Shown piece after piece: positions 59,341-64,000 of a stretch of DNA of 64,000 nucleotides. Origin of the DNA: a virus. Numbering within the stretch: the first letter of the stretch is position 1; the number at the start of each line of letters is the position of its first letter. The stretch is from positions 1-64,000 of IMG/VR virus record IMGVR_UViG_3300013005_000002. The stretch is one strand, 5' to 3'. Under the pieces are notes generated by a model. It was given only the letters and a program-made list of their open reading frames with translations. It had not been told where the DNA came from and searched no databases. Position numbers and translations under genes: made by a program.

Positions 59341-61113
59341 ATGGCTTTTATATCAAATCAACAGACTAATCCAAATGATCCTCAAGCTAATCAGGCTCCG
59401 TCTGCTCAGCCGTCTGTTACTGCACCAAATCTTGCTCAAACCTCTAGTCCTGCTGCTAATACTCCACAACAAAAAGGTTCTGGACGTTTTACTAATATCC
59501 AAAAATATATAAGTGCTAATCAAGGAGCAGGTGAAAGACTTGCTAGTGGTGTTGGTAAAAAAATTGAGTCTCAAATTAATCCACAAGCTACTCAGGCTCA
59601 ACAACAAGCTCAATCTGTTAGAGAAGGTATTCAGTCCGCTGAAAGTCAACTTCAACAAGGTCAGCAATTAAGGTCGCAAGCAGAACAACAAAATTTTGAT
59701 GCTGCTGGATTTGTTGCTAATCAAGACAATTTAAATAAGTTTACACAATTTAGAACTGGTCAAGGAATTGATGAGAAAGCTTTACAACAAAGCGCAATTG
59801 CTAACCAACAAAATGCTCTAGCTGCACAACAAGCAGCTCAAGGCTTTGGTCAGCAATTAGGAACAGAGCAAGGTAGACAACAGTTACTGAAGCAAACATT
59901 TAGTCCTACTAAAAATTATAGTGCAGGACAGCAACGTTTGGATAATTTGTTTTTATCTCAAGCTAATCCTCAGCTTCAAGGTATCCAAGGTAATTTAAAT
60001 ACTACTAGTCAAAACTTAGGTACATTGATAAATGAAAATCAAGTTAAACAACAAAAGATTCAAGATTTAACTAACCAAGAACAAGAATTATCTCAAGGTT
60101 TAAACAAAGCTATCCAAGATAGAGATGTAGAATTAGAGCAGCAATTAACTCAAAGAATTGGTGAAGTTAATGCTCAGCGTGATTTAGAGCGTAAAAAATA
60201 TACAGATTTTACTGATTCATTGTTAAAATCAGGTCAGGGTCAGAAAATTGAAACTCCTTTAGATGAGAGTCTTATTTCTGAAGCAGGACTTAATTTAGGT
60301 CAGCAAACATTTAATGTATTTAAAAATCCAGCACTTGCTTCAAATGAATTATTAAACTTATCTACTAGACAAGCACAAGGAATTCAAGACGTAGCACAAC
60401 AATCTGATGTAGATAGATACAGAGCACTTGCCGCATTAGGTGGAATAGAGCCGAGTAAATTAACTCAAGCAGGACAATTAGAACGTGCTGCTGGATTTAG
60501 AACTGGTGAAGGTTCTATCCAAAATAGAATTCAAGATGCTAAAATGAAATTTTTAGAAGACGCAATTAAGCAGAATCTTGTTGGTTCTGGTGCACAAAAT
60601 TGGAAGTCTAAAGATACATTTAGGGGTAAAAAAGGAACAGAAACTGCTTCTGCTACATTAAATTTGGCTGATGTTTTAGGTGGAGATTATCAAACAGCTA
60701 TAAATAATGCTTCTGCGTCTAAAGCTGGAACTTTAGCGCAACAATCTTTTCAAAATGATTTAGGTGATTTTTCAAATAATTTAGGAGCAATTCCTATCGG
60801 AATTGCAAATGCTCCTGGGGCTTTTCTTGGTAGAACTCTTAGTGCTGTTGCCAACGCTCTTCCTGGAGTTTTTGGAGACCCTAATGCAGGAAAGCAATCT
60901 AGAGCCAGGACTGCTGCTCAATCTCAAGCAAATCAAGATGTTATGAATAAGTTAAATGCTTACTTGCAACAAGCAGGATTTGACCAGTATTTAGGTAGCC
61001 AAGGTATTGCTTCTGGCACTACTAAACTAGAAGATTATGGATACGGTGCTACTACTGATAAAACTAATCAAGGTAGATTTAATATGTTAAAAAAGCTACC
61101 AAAGGTTGAATAG
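59341..61113 (+). CDS. Internal virion/ejection protein
   Basis: Q/A/G-rich helical protein in the podovirus ejection module position. Confidence 0.55.
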   Translation: MAFISNQQTNPNDPQANQAPSAQPSVTAPNLAQTSSPAANTPQQKGSGRFTNIQKYISANQGAGERLASGVGKKIESQINPQATQAQQQAQSVREGIQSAESQLQQGQQLRSQAEQQNFDAAGFVANQDNLNKFTQFRTGQGIDEKALQQSAIANQQNALAAQQAAQGFGQQLGTEQGRQQLLKQTFSPTKNYSAGQQRLDNLFLSQANPQLQGIQGNLNTTSQNLGTLINENQVKQQKIQDLTNQEQELSQGLNKAIQDRDVELEQQLTQRIGEVNAQRDLERKKYTDFTDSLLKSGQGQKIETPLDESLISEAGLNLGQQTFNVFKNPALASNELLNLSTRQAQGIQDVAQQSDVDRYRALAALGGIEPSKLTQAGQLERAAGFRTGEGSIQNRIQDAKMKFLEDAIKQNLVGSGAQNWKSKDTFRGKKGTETASATLNLADVLGGDYQTAINNASASKAGTLAQQSFQNDLGDFSNNLGAIPIGIANAPGAFLGRTLSAVANALPGVFGDPNAGKQSRARTAAQSQANQDVMNKLNAYLQQAGFDQYLGSQGIASGTTKLEDYGYGATTDKTNQGRFNMLKKLPKVE

Positions 61114-61502
61114 TGAATTTAAAAAAATATAAACTCTCAGATTATTCAGAACTTACTCAATGGTGGAAAGCACACAATCATCCAGTAATGAATGAATCTG
61201 CTATACCGTCAGAAGGTATAATTGTTTCTGAAAATGGTCTTAATGTTTGTATGGGGTTTATATATTTAGCCAGTAACGCTAATCTTGCTCAGATTGCTTG
61301 GATAACTACAAATCCAGAAATATCTTTGAGAAAACGGTATAATGCTGTAAACTTATTTATGGATGGTTGTGTTAGTTATATCAATAGTTTAAATGTAAAA
61401 AATGTAATGTGCTTTACCGACAGTTATGCTATGGCTAAAATGTTTAATCGCAAAGGTTTTAGAGTTGGCAATTCACATAATCTTTGTATTGGGAGTTTTT
61501 AA
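61113..61502 (+). CDS. GNAT-like acetyltransferase
   Basis: GNAT-sized alpha/beta pattern ending .KMFNRKGF; common position in podoviruses. Confidence 0.55.
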   Translation: MNLKKYKLSDYSELTQWWKAHNHPVMNESAIPSEGIIVSENGLNVCMGFIYLASNANLAQIAWITTNPEISLRKRYNAVNLFMDGCVSYINSLNVKNVMCFTDSYAMAKMFNRKGFRVGNSHNLCIGSF

Positions 61503-62404
61503 TGGGTGCTGGAAATAGAGAAGCAAAAAAATCTAGGAATATTCTACGTGAAAACGTTGCTCAAGTTGATGCATTAAAACTGCCTGAACTTCAACAGCTT
61601 TATTTAGAGCAGTTACAGAGCGCAGGGAACTTGACTCCAGATATGGAGCAAGCTATTCTTCAACAAGCTTCTGCAATGGGAGAAATCTCAGTTGACCCTA
61701 GACTTAAGAGTCAACAAATGTCTGCTTTAGAGCAGCTTGCTGGTATTGCAGAAACTGGTATGTCTCCTGCAGACCAAGCAGCTTTTGAACTAGCTAGACG
61801 TGGTGCTGCTCAAGAAGAACAAGCACGCCAAGGACAAATCTTGCAAGAAATGCAAGCCCGTGGTCAAGGTGGTTCTGGAATAGAATTAATTTCTAGACTT
61901 AAATCTAATCAGTCTGCTGCTGATAGATTACAAGAAGCGCAGCTTCAACAAGCGCAAGCACAACAACAAGCTCGTATGCAAGCATTAGGTCAAGTGGGTA
62001 ATTTATCTTCTCAAGTACGTGAACAAGATTTTGGTGAGCAAGCAAGAATTGCTCAAGCTACTGATATGATTAATCAATTTAATGCTCAAAATCAACAAGG
62101 TGTGCAGTCGCGTAATGTTGGTTCTAAAAATCAAGCACAAATGGCTAATTTACAAAATCAACAGAATATTCTGAATCAGAATGTTGGATTACGTAATCAG
62201 CAACAGCAATTTAATAAAGGTTTAAGTCAGCAACAGTTTCAAAATGAGATTACTAAACAGGGTTTAAAGAGTGGTGCTAATTTACAATTAGGTAGTAACT
62301 ATGCTCAGTCTGCTGCCAATGCTGCTGCTATGGAAGGTCAATTACTTGGGGCTGCTATTGGTGCTGGAGCTACAGCATTCACTGGTGGAGCCAAAGGGGG
62401 CTAA
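61502..62404 (+). CDS. DNA ejection/pilot protein
   Basis: Q/A-rich with C-terminal LLGAAIGAGA; start moved to MGAG (TAATG). Confidence 0.55.
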   Translation: MGAGNREAKKSRNILRENVAQVDALKLPELQQLYLEQLQSAGNLTPDMEQAILQQASAMGEISVDPRLKSQQMSALEQLAGIAETGMSPADQAAFELARRGAAQEEQARQGQILQEMQARGQGGSGIELISRLKSNQSAADRLQEAQLQQAQAQQQARMQALGQVGNLSSQVREQDFGEQARIAQATDMINQFNAQNQQGVQSRNVGSKNQAQMANLQNQQNILNQNVGLRNQQQQFNKGLSQQQFQNEITKQGLKSGANLQLGSNYAQSAANAAAMEGQLLGAAIGAGATAFTGGAKGG

Positions 62405-62406
62405 TT

Positions 62407-63744
62407 ATGCGTAAATTTGATTTACCAGAATTAGAAGATGAAGAAAAAAATCAATTTGAGACTAGTCTTTTAATGGATGAACTTGCTCGTCAACAAGCTC
62501 CTACTACAGACATTCCTGATATGTCTCAAGACATAGTTGAGCGTGAAGTTTCTGCTGCTGATGAAATTTCTAGTGAATCTCAAGATTTACAAGATAAACA
62601 GCCAGACCAAAAACAACAATATGAACAAATGCTTTCTCAATTTTCTAAACTTAAACCTAAAGAACAATCAGCAGTTCAAGATGATTTAAAGGCTTTGCAA
62701 GAAGAATCAAGAAAAAAATCAAGTAATTTAAACTGGTTTAGACTTGGTGATAAAATTGCACAGGCATATGGTCAGCGTCATGGTGGTAAGGTTGCTGGAT
62801 TTCAAGACATTTATGATAGTCTAGAAAAGCAAGCACAACAGCCTGTTCTGGATTATAAGAATTTACAAAAAAATGAATTAGATAAATTAGGACTTCAATT
62901 ACAACAAGAACAAATTGACCCTAACTCTCCTCTAGCTAAGACTCAAAGAGATATAAATACTCAACTAGCTAAAGAAGCAGGTATTAACTTGCAAGATTAT
63001 GGTGACATGAGTGCCAAATCTCAAGAACAGCAAATGCGTTCTTTGGCGTATATATTAGGTAATCGTAGACAAGCAGAGCAGTCTGAACTAAATCGATTAC
63101 AACGAAATCAAGATATATTAATGCGGATGAATGAAGCAAGAGAAGCTCGTAAAGATAAAAAAGAAGCTCAAGATGTTGCTAAATTAGATAAAAAAGTAGA
63201 AACTATTTCTAAAAGAATAGAAACAGACCAAGTTATTCCTAAGAATAATGCTCTAGAAAACATTAATAGTTATTTAGACCGTAAATTTAATGTTAATTTA
63301 AATTCTAATGAAAAAGATTTAAAAAAAGTAGATATTGAAGGTATCGGATTTTTAGGAGCTATGCGTCCTGACTTTCTTACTAATAAAGAAGATGTTGAAT
63401 TTAGACAGCAAGTTTCATCTTTAGCTAATGCATTATTAAAATCACGTTCAGGTGCTGCAGTAACGGACCAAGAATATGGTAGATTTTTGAAAGAAGTAGG
63501 TTCTGGTAATTTTTCAACTGAATCAAACTTACTCTCTGGTCTAAAGAAAATGCAAAGAGATATTGAAGACCAAAATAAAAATATCGGTAAGATTTATGGT
63601 AAGGATGTTTTAGATGAGTATCAGTCTAGAACTGGTATTCAGTTAAAAACTGAGCCTACTCCTAGTCCAGAATCCGGAAGTGGGCTTACTCCAGAGCAAA
63701 GAAAAAAAAGAATACAAGAACTAAAAGCTAAGCAAGGTAAATAA
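62407..63744 (+). CDS. Internal virion protein
   Basis: Coiled coil; RSGAAVTDQEY.R motif. Confidence 0.55.
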   Translation: MRKFDLPELEDEEKNQFETSLLMDELARQQAPTTDIPDMSQDIVEREVSAADEISSESQDLQDKQPDQKQQYEQMLSQFSKLKPKEQSAVQDDLKALQEESRKKSSNLNWFRLGDKIAQAYGQRHGGKVAGFQDIYDSLEKQAQQPVLDYKNLQKNELDKLGLQLQQEQIDPNSPLAKTQRDINTQLAKEAGINLQDYGDMSAKSQEQQMRSLAYILGNRRQAEQSELNRLQRNQDILMRMNEAREARKDKKEAQDVAKLDKKVETISKRIETDQVIPKNNALENINSYLDRKFNVNLNSNEKDLKKVDIEGIGFLGAMRPDFLTNKEDVEFRQQVSSLANALLKSRSGAAVTDQEYGRFLKEVGSGNFSTESNLLSGLKKMQRDIEDQNKNIGKIYGKDVLDEYQSRTGIQLKTEPTPSPESGSGLTPEQRKKRIQELKAKQGK

Positions 63745-63745
63745 A

Positions 63746-64000
63746 ATGGCACTAACTGAAAAAGAAGAGCTAGAACTTTTAGAGCTAGAAGAGGCTGAGT
63801 ATCAGGATTCTTTAAAAGCTCAAAAAAATACAGAACCTTTTGTTGCAGATACTGCCGTTGGTAGTGCTTTACAGGGTGCTACTTTTGGATTTGGTGATGA
63901 ACTCACTGCTGCTGGTGCTGCCCTTACTGACATAGCTGTAGGTGACCCTAAGCTTAATGATTACAAAGATTTATATAATAAGTATTTACAAGATGAGCGC
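63746..64000 (+). CDS. Large internal virion protein, partial
   Basis: MALTEKEELELLELEE...QGATFGFGDEL, open to the window end. Confidence 0.6.
   Translation, partial: MALTEKEELELLELEEAEYQDSLKAQKNTEPFVADTAVGSALQGATFGFGDELTAAGAALTDIAVGDPKLNDYKDLYNKYLQDER

Noticed and set aside
27184-59667. Antisense ORFs within structural genes (for example 27184-27540, 42767-43138, 45039-45416, 59353-59667)
   Set aside because: They fully overlap well-supported genes on the other strand and have no SD or recognisable motifs.
1-64000. Stop-codon reassignment
   Set aside because: Long genes are intact under code 11, and TAA, TAG and TGA all end genes at sensible junctions.
1-64000. tRNA/rRNA genes, integrase, IS elements
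   Set aside because: None recognised by eye; tRNAscan was not run.

Overview
AT-rich segment of a lytic, podovirus-like dsDNA phage genome, with no integrase, tRNA or CRISPR seen. Positions 1-20100 (minus strand) hold early and replication genes: AEP primase-DnaB helicase fusion, ERF recombinase, HNH, PD-(D/E)XK nuclease, class II ribonucleotide reductase, subtilisin, MoxR/VWA pair, DUF6745-like protein and a sigma-like factor. Positions 20369-64000 hold plus-strand late modules (terminase, portal, scaffold, capsid, fibres, adaptor/nozzle, ejection proteins) interrupted by minus-strand accessory cassettes. The main discovery is a family of 23 microproteins (47-70 aa), mostly missed by the ORF track, all starting M(K/R)(K/R)Y. 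Eleven form a gap-free tandem array with about 150-bp periodicity at 21102-22792. Their shared 14-nt start motif carries stop codons in both alternative frames and supplies the upstream gene's stop in 17 of 23 cases. Also notable are a late-promoter-like motif (TAACAAGTT[AT][AG], 9 copies), an early control region with sigma54-type promoters plus about 14 enhancer-like palindromes, a candidate structured RNA, and an HNH-Mom-like fusion. All product calls come from motif recognition by eye, with no database searches.
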